Positions 20,865 to 31,175 of a stretch of 64,000 bases of DNA are shown here, piece by piece. Under the pieces are notes generated by a model. It worked only from the letters and a program-made list of their open reading frames with translations. It did no database searches and had not been told where the DNA came from. The stretch's first letter is position 1. The number at the start of each line of letters is the position of its first letter. The position numbers and the translations under genes are program-made. The stretch is taken from assembly GCA_963707955.1 (NCBI GenBank), contig OY970176.1, forward strand, positions 1,979,013 to 2,043,012. The letters are read 5' to 3'. Source of the stretch: Candidatus Bathyarchaeota archaeon (GTDB taxonomy: Archaea; Thermoproteota; Bathyarchaeia; Bathyarchaeales; Bathycorpusculaceae).

Positions 20865-21710
20865 ATGAGAATTTCAATCGTAATGCCGACCTTCAATCGT
20901 TGCTTCACACTGCCTCGGGCAGTAGACTCCATAAAGTCTCAGACGCACAAGGATTGGGAGCTCATAATCGTGGATGATGGGTCAACGGATGAAACAGGGA
21001 AGGTGATTCAGAAGTATTTGAGTGAGAATATTCGGTGCGTGAAAACGTCGCATCTTGGAACACCACGTGCTTGGAACCTCGGCGTTAACGAATCGGAACA
21101 AGATTATGCGTTGCTGATGGGAGACGATGTCGTACTGGAACCAGTTTGCGTCCACACCCTAGCCAAGACAGTGGAGACGGTTAACAAACAAATGCTAGGA
21201 GCTATCGCTCCGCGCCTCATATATACGAGAGACCCAGCCAATCCGACATCGGGAAAGGCTTTCAGAAGGTATGCTTCGCTGCAAGCAAGCACAGGAGACA
21301 TAGCTGGCTCTTTCAACGTTGAAGCCCAAGCCTTAATGGAGGTGCCCATCCTACATGGGTACTCAATGGTGGCAAGAGAAGCCTTCCTTGACATAGGAGG
21401 ATTCGATGAGAAAACGTACAGTGGCAACTATTATCGTGAAGAGACTGATCTCTGGCTACGATTCAGGAAAAAGGGCTACAGATTGTATTATGAGCCTAGA
21501 GCCAGAATCTACTGCCAGAAAAGTCTAACGCGTGGAGGACAATGGTCAAACGTGCATGGAAAACTGCTTGTCTACGAATATTACGTGTTTCGCAATCACA
21601 ACAACTTCCTGAAGAAGTTCTACGGTGGAAAGAGGCTTTTTATGCTTCCAACGTTCATGCTTCGAAGGTTGCACACGAGGTTGATGGAAATCCGTGACAG
21701 CAAAAGTTAG
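20865..21710 (+). CDS. family 2 glycosyltransferase
   Basis: N-terminal GT-A signature ISIVMPTFNR...ELIIVDDGSTDET. Confidence 0.85.
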   Translation: MRISIVMPTFNRCFTLPRAVDSIKSQTHKDWELIIVDDGSTDETGKVIQKYLSENIRCVKTSHLGTPRAWNLGVNESEQDYALLMGDDVVLEPVCVHTLAKTVETVNKQMLGAIAPRLIYTRDPANPTSGKAFRRYASLQASTGDIAGSFNVEAQALMEVPILHGYSMVAREAFLDIGGFDEKTYSGNYYREETDLWLRFRKKGYRLYYEPRARIYCQKSLTRGGQWSNVHGKLLVYEYYVFRNHNNFLKKFYGGKRLFMLPTFMLRRLHTRLMEIRDSKS

Positions 21711-23124
21711 CGGCTGGAATGTTCCAGCAAGCGTGGCACGCGTGCTCAAGGAGTGGACTAGCAGACTCGCGCGGTTGGGGAAAAACCTGCGTCAGCCAAG
21801 AATTCTCTTGCCGTTTATTGTGGGAGCGGCGATACGCTTTGCCTTCGCTCCCTTTACGGAGCAAAGGTGGGACATGTACACTTGGAGGATAGAGCAAGTA
21901 CTCGTCTACAATTATCATGTTAACCCTTTCTGGCCCCAATCTGGAGTTCCTCTTCAACTTGCTTGGTCATATCCTCCCCTGTGGCTTCTAACACTCTTAG
22001 CACTCTATCCTGTCTACTCACGTTTCTACTCTCCTCAATTACCCGTCAACATCTCTGTTTTGTGGCAAAAATGGGCACAGACGGGCAACGTCTTTGAAAT
22101 CTACCGCTCATTTGTCCCAGTCGGACTTCCCATATTAGATTTGATTGACAAGACACCTATCGTAGTGGCTGACCTTCTGATCGCCTTGGTCTTGTATGAA
22201 CTTATCAAGCGAGATTCACCAAAGCATGCCTACTATGCTCTTATTGCATGGCTCTTCAATCCCTACGTCATCTGGATATCATCCGTATGGGGCATGTTTG
22301 ACGCAATCCCAGCGCTTCTCATGCTATTATCGGTCTATCTCTTGATAGCGAGAAGATACAAGTCCTCCGCCATACTCTTGGTAGCCTCTGCGCTGTTCAA
22401 GTTATACGCGATCGTACTCATCCCAATCATGTCTCTTATCATCTACAAGAGAGGGGAAAAAGCCAAGGCACTGAGATATTTCCTATTTTCAACGCTTGTC
22501 GTCCTGATAGCAACATTCATGGCCTATGCGATCGCAGTTTCCCTCGCCGGGCAAAATCCACTGTCCCTAGCAGTTCAGCTATCAGTGAACCTATTCTACA
22601 AGCGAGCCTCTCCCGATATGCTAGGCCAGAACCTCTTTCAAAACCTCACACCGCTCACGTTCCTCAATCAAGTATTTGCGGATCTACACGTGAGCACGAA
22701 CATTCCAATTTCGCCTATCTTGATGAGCACCGCTGTGATCCTTCTTGGTTTCCAGATTCTCAGAAGCAAATCGTTGCAGGACCAAGAGATCATAGCGTAT
22801 GTGGTCATTGCACACTTTATCACTTACCTTACTTACAGCGTCGTCAATGAGCAATACCTAGTATGGGTTCTGCCGCTAATCCTGGTCCTAGCCGCGAAAA
22901 AGAACAGCGTGAACCTCAGACACTTCTACTGGGCGATAAGTGGATTCTTCATCTTGGACATCTTGTATCGTTATGATCTTTCGTATTTCATATCTCCCTA
23001 TATTTCTCCGATGCCCCCTGAAATCAGAATTCCAGTGTATCTTCTGATTGAGCCTTTAATAGTTATCACTGTCTACGCAATTGGAATCAAACTCGCCACA
23101 GGGAAATCGAACAAAAAGCAATAG
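21694..23124 (+). CDS. polytopic membrane glycosyltransferase-like protein (GT-C fold / DUF2029-like)
   Basis: About 12 predicted TM helices. Overlaps the GT2 gene by 17 nt. The family assignment is by architecture only. Confidence 0.6.
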   Translation: MTAKVSGWNVPASVARVLKEWTSRLARLGKNLRQPRILLPFIVGAAIRFAFAPFTEQRWDMYTWRIEQVLVYNYHVNPFWPQSGVPLQLAWSYPPLWLLTLLALYPVYSRFYSPQLPVNISVLWQKWAQTGNVFEIYRSFVPVGLPILDLIDKTPIVVADLLIALVLYELIKRDSPKHAYYALIAWLFNPYVIWISSVWGMFDAIPALLMLLSVYLLIARRYKSSAILLVASALFKLYAIVLIPIMSLIIYKRGEKAKALRYFLFSTLVVLIATFMAYAIAVSLAGQNPLSLAVQLSVNLFYKRASPDMLGQNLFQNLTPLTFLNQVFADLHVSTNIPISPILMSTAVILLGFQILRSKSLQDQEIIAYVVIAHFITYLTYSVVNEQYLVWVLPLILVLAAKKNSVNLRHFYWAISGFFILDILYRYDLSYFISPYISPMPPEIRIPVYLLIEPLIVITVYAIGIKLATGKSNKKQ

Positions 23125-23403
23125 TAATTGCTTGGAAGGATTTCTAACATGTCCGGTTAGGTCACAACTCTCCTCGATTTGTTCAGGACTACATATGGAA
23201 GGGATAGAAAAGTTGCAAAGAACGTTGTTCAACATTCTTCGGGAGAGGCTGCGGGAAAATAATAGAGGGGCCAACAATGCATGAAAATTCGTTTAGAATT
23301 TTCTGGTCCCTCGTATTCGCTTCAATCTTGGATATCTGTCTTTTAGCGCGCGCCCTATTCTGGAAAGAGCGCGCTGGGAAGTTGACACTGGGTTGAAATC
23401 CGT

Positions 23404-24378
23404 CTAAAACTTCTTAGTTCCTCGAATTTGTTTCCATTTTAAGTATGCGTCTTTCCTTCTAAAATTCATTGTTGCAAGAATCTGAGCTAAGAATTCTAAG
23501 AAAAGACCCGTAGAGATCTTGGGATAGTCTCGAACCCTTTGAGTTTCCATTTCTTCTGCAAGCAGTTTCAACACGAAGAGTGGTTGCCTGAATGCCGCAG
23601 CCCCTATTGTCGTCGGTTCAACATTAGTTATTTCCTTGATTTGTTTGTGACCTATTACTATCCTCACTCTTTGCTGAATATACTCTAGTGGGGTGGCTGG
23701 GCCCCTAATTGACACAACCGCTTCGGGAACGAAAGATATTTGCCAACCTTTTTTCTTCAAGGTTACACCGAGGTAAGCATCATCGTTTATTACGCCGTTC
23801 GGTATGTACGAGACAATCCCTTTCCTAAGTGCCCACATGTCTCCTCCCAAATGGTTTAAAGCCTTTCTTCCAGATTCTTTCTGCAAGACCCTATTGTGCA
23901 TCCTCCATAGGAACCAATAGCAAAACTCCATGACATCCTTGTTCTCGTTAATTGGGAGAGTCTTGGCACACGCTCCTCCCACGCGTGATTTGACCGATTC
24001 TACCAGCTTTGCTACTGATCCTTGCGCAGGTTTTGTGTCAGCAGAGATGATTACCAGAATATCACCGTGTGCATTTGGGAAGAAAATGTTCAATGCTTGG
24101 GCTTTTCCATTCCTTTCTCTTTCTGTAATAAGTCTTATCCGTCGATCTTTCCTTGATATCTCTTCAACAATCTTGTTGGTCCTGTCTGTGGATCCAGAGG
24201 ACACAACGATCACTTCTTCTAATGCAAATTCTTTTGAAAGGTGTTGTCCTATTAGGTTTTCAAGCAGTTTACCTATGTTATTCTCTTCGTTGTATGCACA
24301 AACGCCGATACTAACCTTTAAAGGCGCGAGTTCGAGAGGGATTTCCTGTACGTCTGGGGCTGTCATGACCGTCTGCAA
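23404..24378 (-). CDS. family 2 glycosyltransferase
   Basis: VSIGVCAYNEENNI...VIVVSSGSTDRT GT-A signature. Confidence 0.8.
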   Translation of the reverse strand: MQTVMTAPDVQEIPLELAPLKVSIGVCAYNEENNIGKLLENLIGQHLSKEFALEEVIVVSSGSTDRTNKIVEEISRKDRRIRLITERERNGKAQALNIFFPNAHGDILVIISADTKPAQGSVAKLVESVKSRVGGACAKTLPINENKDVMEFCYWFLWRMHNRVLQKESGRKALNHLGGDMWALRKGIVSYIPNGVINDDAYLGVTLKKKGWQISFVPEAVVSIRGPATPLEYIQQRVRIVIGHKQIKEITNVEPTTIGAAAFRQPLFVLKLLAEEMETQRVRDYPKISTGLFLEFLAQILATMNFRRKDAYLKWKQIRGTKKF

Positions 24379-24802
24379 ATGTTATACCTACCAAATTTAC
24401 AACAGCAACGCAAAGGAAAGATCAGCGTCGATATCTCCTGACGAGATGACTTTCTGTCATGATCAGCATAAAAAGGTTTTTGGCATTGCCAATGGATTTG
24501 GTCAGCGTTTCCACCTCAGCTATTTTACACACTCGTTTTGTCGTCGTTAATGATTACACTAACCTTTTCCAGCGCGTCATGAGATGGGTCATAAGCTTCC
24601 TGCAGACAAAAACGAGATAGACGGTGTGCCACCTTGCCTTGTCCCCAGGGTGTCGCCGATGCGTCAGGTCCTAGCGCGCGCTCGGCAAAACAGGCAAAAT
24701 CGCTGAGGGAATAGCCTGCGCAAGAGTGAGAGAATGGTTCCAATAGACTTTTCTATTCCCTGAACACTCTAATACGCCAATGCGTCAAAGGGCAGGAACC
24801 TA

Positions 24803-25888
24803 ATGGCTGAAACACCCGGCGAAGTAGCTCAAGCACCTCTCATTCAGCAAACGGACTTTGAGAAAATAACCCAGCTAGTTTCTGCACATTTCGAGGCTGA
24901 AGAGTCTCTGCTGGAGCACGGCGTTCCAACGTACTACTTGAAACAGCCCCAGGAAACGAAGCAGGCCTTTCTCAAGCTTCTGAAAAACTTGGAGTCAATG
25001 AACCTGATTGCGCTCCTGCGCAAGGTTGATGGGAAGGTGGTCTTGAAAGTTGGTCCAAAGCAGCCTGTGAAGAAGAGCAACATACTCGTGAACTGGGCGC
25101 TGTTTTTCGCCACGATAGGCACGACGTTCGCTACAGGCTACTTGCTTTCAGCCGACCTTGTTGGTACGGGAATGATGCCCAGCCCACTGATAGGAGGCGT
25201 AGCATTCACAGTGGCCATTATGGCAATACTTGGGACCCATGAGATGGGTCATAAGCTCACGGCTAACAGAAACGGCGTAGAAGCAACGCCGCCCTATTTT
25301 ATTCCAGGTCCACCTCCAATAGGGGACCTCTTGGGCATCGGCACTTTTGGTGCGGTAATCATGCAGAAGTCTCTTCCACCTAACAGAGACGCCCTGTTCG
25401 ACGTGGGGTCCAGTGGCCCAATCGTCGGGTTCATAGTGGCCGTGATAGCAACCATCGTTGGGCTAATGCTCTCTCCAATTCGTCCGATCACAGGCAGCGA
25501 GAGTTTCCTTCCATCACCCCTAATCTTCGACCTGTTTGCCACTTTTCTCATAAAACTTCCAGCAAATCATTATATTCTACTGCACCCCGTTGCCTTCGCT
25601 GGGTGGGCCGGCATGCTCGTCACCATGCTCAACCTGTTGCCCGCTGGACAGCTCGACGGCGGCCACGTAGCCACGTCTGTGCTCGGCGGAAAAGCGCGAA
25701 CGGTCTTGACTGTTCTGTCCATTCTGTTGCTGGTGATCGAAGGATTCTGGCCGATGGCTTTCTTTGTGGTCTTACTCTCGATGTATAGGCATCCTGGGCC
25801 CCTAGACGATGTTTCTGGCTTGTCAAACGGGAGGAAGCTGTTGGCAATCGGGCTGGTGGCAATTTTCATTCTCTGTTCTTTAATCTAA
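24803..25888 (+). CDS. site-2 protease family (M50) membrane metalloprotease
   Basis: HEMGHKLTA (HExxH) and NLLPAGQLDGGH motifs within TM helices. Confidence 0.85.
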   Translation: MAETPGEVAQAPLIQQTDFEKITQLVSAHFEAEESLLEHGVPTYYLKQPQETKQAFLKLLKNLESMNLIALLRKVDGKVVLKVGPKQPVKKSNILVNWALFFATIGTTFATGYLLSADLVGTGMMPSPLIGGVAFTVAIMAILGTHEMGHKLTANRNGVEATPPYFIPGPPPIGDLLGIGTFGAVIMQKSLPPNRDALFDVGSSGPIVGFIVAVIATIVGLMLSPIRPITGSESFLPSPLIFDLFATFLIKLPANHYILLHPVAFAGWAGMLVTMLNLLPAGQLDGGHVATSVLGGKARTVLTVLSILLLVIEGFWPMAFFVVLLSMYRHPGPLDDVSGLSNGRKLLAIGLVAIFILCSLI

Positions 25889-26077
25889 TACTACGTGCTA
25901 TACTTACTGAATCTTCTTGGTCTTTAGGACTCGCAAGCCCCTGGTGTATTTCTGCTCTACGACCATACGGCAAGGTTTATTAAATATTGCGATACTAGAC
26001 ACTGTTAGACAACAGTCGATTAGAAGACGAGTCAAAAATCAAGAGCGGGGCGATCACCAACGAAGGGAACGATCCTG

Positions 26078-26281
26078 ATGGTCTTCTTCATATTGTTTAC
26101 AGCTGCGTCTCTGCTGATTCCCTCGCCGATGTTTCCAGGAAATGTCCTCTGCACTCTGATCGGAGCATCTGTCATCCAGTACACTGCTATCGTGAGCGCG
26201 CTTTTCAACGGGGTTCTTTACAGCGTTGCGCTGTGGCTCATCTTCATCGCTGTGAGTCGGAGACTCACACAAGAAAAATAG
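26078..26281 (+). CDS. small two-TM membrane protein (hypothetical)
   Basis: 67-aa ORF with two hydrophobic helices. No other support. Confidence 0.4.
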   Translation: MVFFILFTAASLLIPSPMFPGNVLCTLIGASVIQYTAIVSALFNGVLYSVALWLIFIAVSRRLTQEK

Positions 26282-26303
26282 GTTGACTGACCGGCCGCCT
26301 AAT

Positions 26304-26552
26304 CTAGTTTTGCGGCTGCGGTACAAAGCCTACAAGCTTGATCGTGATTCCGCATTTTTTGCACATCACAACCAATTCTGCAAGCTCGTCGTTCCTCACC
26401 TTGGTATTAACGATCTTATAGTTCTCCTCTGATTCGTCGTCGGGAGATATGATAGACCCGCACTTTGGACATGGAAAAGCCCCGTCCCCGTCGATCTTCG
26501 TCAGGTCAACCGTGTACGCCATGCTTTTCTGAACATCTGCTTTCTTCATCAT
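26304..26552 (-). CDS. small zinc-ribbon protein
   Basis: CPKCG...CKKCG pair in 82 aa. Confidence 0.6.
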   Translation of the reverse strand: MMKKADVQKSMAYTVDLTKIDGDGAFPCPKCGSIISPDDESEENYKIVNTKVRNDELAELVVMCKKCGITIKLVGFVPQPQN

Positions 26553-26777
26553 TTTTCAACGCACCTTTCCAATCGGTCTTGATTGTTTTCCATCGTTGGC
26601 CCAGAATATAATTAACTATTATGAATCTCTAATCAGTATTACTCGTAAGTCTCGCATAGTTAATGAAAAGCTTTTCGATGCATAAGGGGGACGAAACAAC
26701 CCATAGGGGCTGGGGGATGAGTTCAGTAAAGGTTATGAGTCATAACAAACGAGTAGAAGGCAAAGTCTCTCCCTTAG

Positions 26778-28148
26778 GTGTCTACGTTGGAGAAGTTCGA
26801 CGTACTGGTAGTCGGGGCTGGAACAGCAGGGTGCCTGGCCGCGGAAACAGTTGCCCGAGCAGGTCTGAAAGTGTGCCTCATCGAGAGAAAGGAGAGGGAG
26901 GAGGTCGGCGAAAAAATCTGCGGGGACGCCCTTGGAGAGCATCACTTGAAAGCCCTAGGCTTAGAGAAGCCGCAGGGCGGCGAACTTGAGAAGAGGATCG
27001 AGGGCATCAAGATCTATTCTCCAGACATGGACACGACGTTTACGGTTGAACACGAGGACTTCGTTGGCTACTTGCTCAACAGACGACTCTTCGGGCAGTG
27101 GCTGCTCAGGAAGGCAATAGATAAGGGTGCACGCCTTCTGGATTCAACGCAATGCTTGAAGCCGCTGATCGACAGGGATTTCGTGGCCGGCGTGTTGGTT
27201 AAGAACTTGAGAACTGGCGAGGAGACGGAGCTGAGAGGCAAGGTGACTGTTGACGCGAGCGGTTTCGTAGCGGCTGTAAGGAAGAAGCTGCCTAAGGAGT
27301 TGGGCATTCAGAACGAGGTTGCAAACGAGGACGTTGAAGCCTGCTACCGCGAGATCCGCCAGCTCAAGCAGGAGGGCGAAAACACGGACTACTGCGAAAT
27401 CTACCTCAACCAGAAGGCGACTCCGGGAGGCTACGCTTGGATTTTCCCGAAGGGCGGGGCAAGAGTCAACGCGGGCCTAGGGATCTGCATGCGCAACAAG
27501 TTTCCAAACCCAAAGAACCAGTTCTACAAGCACATTCTCACCAAGCCTGCTTTTGACGGTTCTCTACTTCTAAACGGAGGAGCCTGGTACGACCCGACTA
27601 GAAGGCCTCTAGATTGTATGGTTGGAAACGGCGTTGTTATCACCGGTGACGCGGCCTGCTTGGTTAACCCGATACACGGCGGTGGAATAGGGCCATCGAT
27701 GTTGAGCGGCCACCTTGCAGGCAAGACCATCATCGAAGCTCTCGAAAAAGAAGACGTCAGCCAAGAATCTCTGTGGCCTTACAGCCTAAGGTACAACGCG
27801 GCGTACGGAGCAAAACAGGCCAGACTGGACGTTTTTCGAATGATGCTCCTGTCCTGTCGCGATGATGACCTGAATTACGGGATGAGGTATCACCTCTTGA
27901 CGGAAGAAGATGTCCTCAAGGCAGGGATGGGCGACGAGTTTCATCTGAACATCACCGAGACCAGCAGGAGAGTCTTCAGAGGATTGAAGAGAATAAGCTT
28001 CTTGAACAAGCTCCGTCTGACGGTCAAGTACATGAATCGGGTCAAAGCCCACTACAAAGAATACCCAGAGACTCCTAAAGACTTTGAAAAGTGGCGCGTG
28101 CAAACAGGAGCCCTGTTCGAAGAGGCTGCCTCCAAAATCATGAAGTAA
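26778..28148 (+). CDS. geranylgeranyl reductase family flavoprotein (digeranylgeranylglycerophospholipid reductase-like)
   Basis: FAD fold DVLVVGAGTAGCLAA, later the ITGDAACLVNPIHGGGI block. Confidence 0.85.
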   Translation: MSTLEKFDVLVVGAGTAGCLAAETVARAGLKVCLIERKEREEVGEKICGDALGEHHLKALGLEKPQGGELEKRIEGIKIYSPDMDTTFTVEHEDFVGYLLNRRLFGQWLLRKAIDKGARLLDSTQCLKPLIDRDFVAGVLVKNLRTGEETELRGKVTVDASGFVAAVRKKLPKELGIQNEVANEDVEACYREIRQLKQEGENTDYCEIYLNQKATPGGYAWIFPKGGARVNAGLGICMRNKFPNPKNQFYKHILTKPAFDGSLLLNGGAWYDPTRRPLDCMVGNGVVITGDAACLVNPIHGGGIGPSMLSGHLAGKTIIEALEKEDVSQESLWPYSLRYNAAYGAKQARLDVFRMMLLSCRDDDLNYGMRYHLLTEEDVLKAGMGDEFHLNITETSRRVFRGLKRISFLNKLRLTVKYMNRVKAHYKEYPETPKDFEKWRVQTGALFEEAASKIMK

Positions 28149-28546
28149 GGAACAGCACAAGGTCTGTCCACCCCTTGACACTCATAAAAGCTCGGAGGCG
28201 GTTTTCAACTCGCGTCGCCACCCAAAACGGAAAGGTCTGGGGTACTGTTAAGTTGTTTGACCCGTTTTTTGAGCGAGAGAAACGCTTTATTGCCGCCTGT
28301 GTTAGTGTGCATCTCGTCAGTATACCCCATCCGTCACACCACGCATTATAATTCCCGCCAGAGTCTTTTGTAACTCAGCAATCGGGCGACGGAATTAACG
28401 GATTGACGATTATATCATCCATTATTCCCAAATCAAAATGTTCAGCATGAGGTTATTCATCAGTTTTTCTCCGTTTCGGTGCTGGCTCGCAAAGATGCTT
28501 TAGATAAGAAACAAGAAGAAGCTTAAACCAATCAAGAAATTCAAGA

Positions 28547-29539
28547 TTATCTTTCAAGTAGTTTGTAAGCGGGATCAACTAGGTAATATTTTTCCGCCTT
28601 TTTTTCGATAATTCGCAGATTCTGTAGCGATTTCAGAGACTCCGTAAATGTTGATGACTTGCTTATTTGTTTATACTTGCTTGCCGCGAGCACCTTTATT
28701 TCATTCCATGTCGCCCCGCCGCTAAATCTCGCTAGCGACAACACGATTGCACGTTGTAATGACCCAAAATCTTTTGACTCTTTGATCGCCGTCTTTTTGG
28801 CCAGCCTTGTCACTTCCTCCATCGCTTCAGGGTGAGATTTTCCAGAACAACGTTTTGCCCCGTAATACGTCAACCAGCCTGGAATACCCCCAAAGCGGTC
28901 TACTGCTTCTTCAAGTTCGCGTGGTTCATAATTTATCTTGCCCCTCTGAAAACCCGTTTCTAAAAAGGCTATACTGATATCCCTTGAGAAGGGGTTAATT
29001 TCTTTCTCTTCAATTGGTTTCCCTTGAATTTCTGCTGATTCTGCGATGGTTTTAATCAACCCCGTGGCGGATCCAGTGAAGAGAAGCTTTATTTTGGTTT
29101 CATTATAAAGCGTCGAGAGTATCCTTGGAAGCATGCGATCATTCAGTCTCTGCACTTCATCAAGAGCTATCAGGCGATTTCCCAATTTGCGAATGACTTT
29201 TTCAAACGTTTGAATTGGCTCGCGTCTCATCGTGAGACGAAAAACTTTGAGATCAATCTCTCCCTCCGTTTTTAACCTCCCGCCCGCGACTTCATCTATC
29301 AGTCTCAATCCAAGCTCCTTAACCGTCAACACTGAAGAAACGTCTATGTAAATACCGCCGCGACTTTTGGTAAGGACCGTTGCGAGAGAGGTTTTCCCAA
29401 TGCGCTTGGGTCCAATCAATACTGCCCAAAATCCACTATCAATTATCTGTTCTATCTCTTTAAGGTCGTCTTCCCGCCCATAAAGCAACGACCGTTCTCT
29501 TTTCGGGCGTGTATCAAATAATTCGCACCGAATCATCAT
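28547..29539 (-). CDS. archaeal ATPase family protein (P-loop, Arch_ATPase/DUF234-like)
   Basis: LYGREDDLKEI...VLIGPKRIGKTSL Walker A, LIALDEVQ Walker B. Apparently leaderless from TATA 29576-29568. Confidence 0.8.
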   Translation of the reverse strand: MMIRCELFDTRPKRERSLLYGREDDLKEIEQIIDSGFWAVLIGPKRIGKTSLATVLTKSRGGIYIDVSSVLTVKELGLRLIDEVAGGRLKTEGEIDLKVFRLTMRREPIQTFEKVIRKLGNRLIALDEVQRLNDRMLPRILSTLYNETKIKLLFTGSATGLIKTIAESAEIQGKPIEEKEINPFSRDISIAFLETGFQRGKINYEPRELEEAVDRFGGIPGWLTYYGAKRCSGKSHPEAMEEVTRLAKKTAIKESKDFGSLQRAIVLSLARFSGGATWNEIKVLAASKYKQISKSSTFTESLKSLQNLRIIEKKAEKYYLVDPAYKLLER

Positions 29540-29576
29540 GTACCCTACCCTACTAAGTAGGGTATGGGTATATAAG
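29538..29576 (-). promoter_or_regulatory. promoter-operator module copy 1 (palindrome CCCTACTAAGTAGGG plus TATA)
   Basis: Palindrome 29548-29562 lies between CTTATATAC (minus-strand reading of 29568-29576) and ATG 29539. Confidence 0.55.
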
Positions 29577-29609
29577 GTCGTGTATCTGATTCGAGTGCTT
29601 GAGCTGATT

Positions 29610-29648
29610 ATGTACCCTGCCCTACTAAGTAGGGTGGGAGTATATAAG
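29610..29648 (-). promoter_or_regulatory. promoter-operator module copy 2 (near-identical 39-nt repeat)
   Basis: Same palindrome at 29620-29634 and the same TATATAAG at 29641-29648, 72 nt from copy 1. Confidence 0.5.
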
Positions 29649-29871
29649 AAATGAGAAAATGGAGATGATGCTTTGTTTCAAGTATTGATAGTGTTGCCTG
29701 ATTTTTGCAAAGGAACGACGAGGCAAGCGGGTCATATAACTTAACAGTACCAAGGTCTGGAAAGGTTTATTTCGTTGCCTGGTGCTATGATTCAAAATCA
29801 ATGGCGGATGAGACGTCCGCTGGGATGTGGCCGAAAGGCTGAACCGCAAACTAGAGATTAAGGTGAAGCGA

Positions 29872-30450
29872 ATGGCCTACAAGTACATTGCTGAGGCATG
29901 GTCGAAACCAGAGAAATCCTTCGTTGAAGAACTGATGCGTAGCAGGTTAATAGAGTGGCGTAGGCAGCCAGTGATAACTCGGATAGAGAGGCCGACGCGA
30001 TTGGACAGGGCGAGAAGACTTGGGTACAAGGCCAAGCAAGGCTTTGTGCTGTCTCGTGTGCGCGTCAGGAGAAGTGGCTTCAGAAAGCTGAGGCCGACCT
30101 CTGGCAGAAGACCGAAGAGGATGGGTGTCGAAAAGTTCAAGCTGTCCAAGAGCATGCGACTGATCGCTGAGGAAAGGGTCGGCAGAAAGTTTCCGAACCT
30201 TGAGGTCTTGAACTCCTACTGGGTCGGTGAAGACGGCGTTTCAAAATGGTTTGAAGTGATAATGGTTGACCCTCAGCATCCGTCAATAAGAGCCGACAAG
30301 AACATCAACTGGATATGCCAGAAACAGCATCATAGAAGAGTTTTCAGAAGCTTAACCAGCGCTGGCAAGAAGGTCAGAAACCTGCGAAGGAGAGGACGGG
30401 GCGCGGAGAAGTTTAGACCAAGCTTGAAAGCTGGCACGGGAGGAAAATAG
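29872..30450 (+). CDS. rpl15e: 50S ribosomal protein L15e (eL15)
   Basis: [10 protein letters not shown]...[18 protein letters not shown]... The listed ORF starts earlier (29827), but ATG 29872 is preceded by GGTGA. Confidence 0.9.
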   Translation: MAYKYIAEAWSKPEKSFVEELMRSRLIEWRRQPVITRIERPTRLDRARRLGYKAKQGFVLSRVRVRRSGFRKLRPTSGRRPKRMGVEKFKLSKSMRLIAEERVGRKFPNLEVLNSYWVGEDGVSKWFEVIMVDPQHPSIRADKNINWICQKQHHRRVFRSLTSAGKKVRNLRRRGRGAEKFRPSLKAGTGGK

Positions 30451-30454
30451 CCGA

Positions 30455-30718
30455 ATGATGGTTAAAAGACCCAAAGTATCTGAGAAGCGTGGACGACGAA
30501 GCCTGGGAAAAGGTTACAGCCCAGGCGAGCTGAAGAAGGCAGGCCTCAGCATGAGCGAAGCCGTGAAGCTTCACGTTGCAGTCGACCCGAGAAGAAAGAC
30601 GGCTCACGAAGAAAACGTCGAGGCCCTTCAGACTTTTCTGCAAGAAAGGAAAGCCGTGGCAAAGACAAAGAAGCGTAAGAGAAAACCTAAAAGTTTAGGC
30701 CGCGCTAATGACGACTAG
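30455..30718 (+). CDS. rpl13e: 50S ribosomal protein L13e (eL13)-like
   Basis: GKGYSPGELKKAGLS matches the eL13 GRGFSxxELxxAGI block. Lys-rich tail. Confidence 0.7.
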   Translation: MMVKRPKVSEKRGRRSLGKGYSPGELKKAGLSMSEAVKLHVAVDPRRKTAHEENVEALQTFLQERKAVAKTKKRKRKPKSLGRANDD

Positions 30719-31175
30719 TGATGCGGTCTTGGCATCCAAGGTTCAAGTCGGCTACATTGACATAAGGGTCTTTGCACACGCAACCGAGGACCCAGAGAGA
30801 GTTCTGACCGCAACACGCAACACTCTGCCCAGAGAATCAATCGACACTGTAACCTTCAAGAAGGCCAACTTGACAGGGCATCATGGTAACCCCATAATTC
30901 TTTATGAAACAAAAATCAAGGAGAAGAAGCTAGTTCAAGCCGCCTTCGAGAAGTTGTGTTCGGGTTTAAGCGTTTTAGACAAAGAAATCTTGGCAAACGA
31001 GGTCCAACAGCACGTGGACAAGGGAAACCTCTACGTTCGATTGCACAAACAGTCTGCCTACCTCAACGAACTCAAGCTAAGCTCAACAGACCCCATTCAT
31101 CTGCGAATACACTTCAAGAAGCACAGCACGGAAGAAGTCATAGACATCTGCAGAAGATCCGGGTTGCTACCATGA
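30708..31175 (+). CDS. UPF0201/DUF54-type RNA-binding protein
   Basis: IDIRVFAHATEDPERV... pattern. Conserved position between r-protein and RNase P subunit genes. Confidence 0.65.
   Translation: MTTSDAVLASKVQVGYIDIRVFAHATEDPERVLTATRNTLPRESIDTVTFKKANLTGHHGNPIILYETKIKEKKLVQAAFEKLCSGLSVLDKEILANEVQQHVDKGNLYVRLHKQSAYLNELKLSSTDPIHLRIHFKKHSTEEVIDICRRSGLLP

Noticed and set aside
24525-24743. 72-aa minus-strand ORF in the divergent GT2/S2P intergenic region
   Set aside because: It has no start context, no motifs and contains a (GC)4 tract. I kept it as non-coding promoter region.
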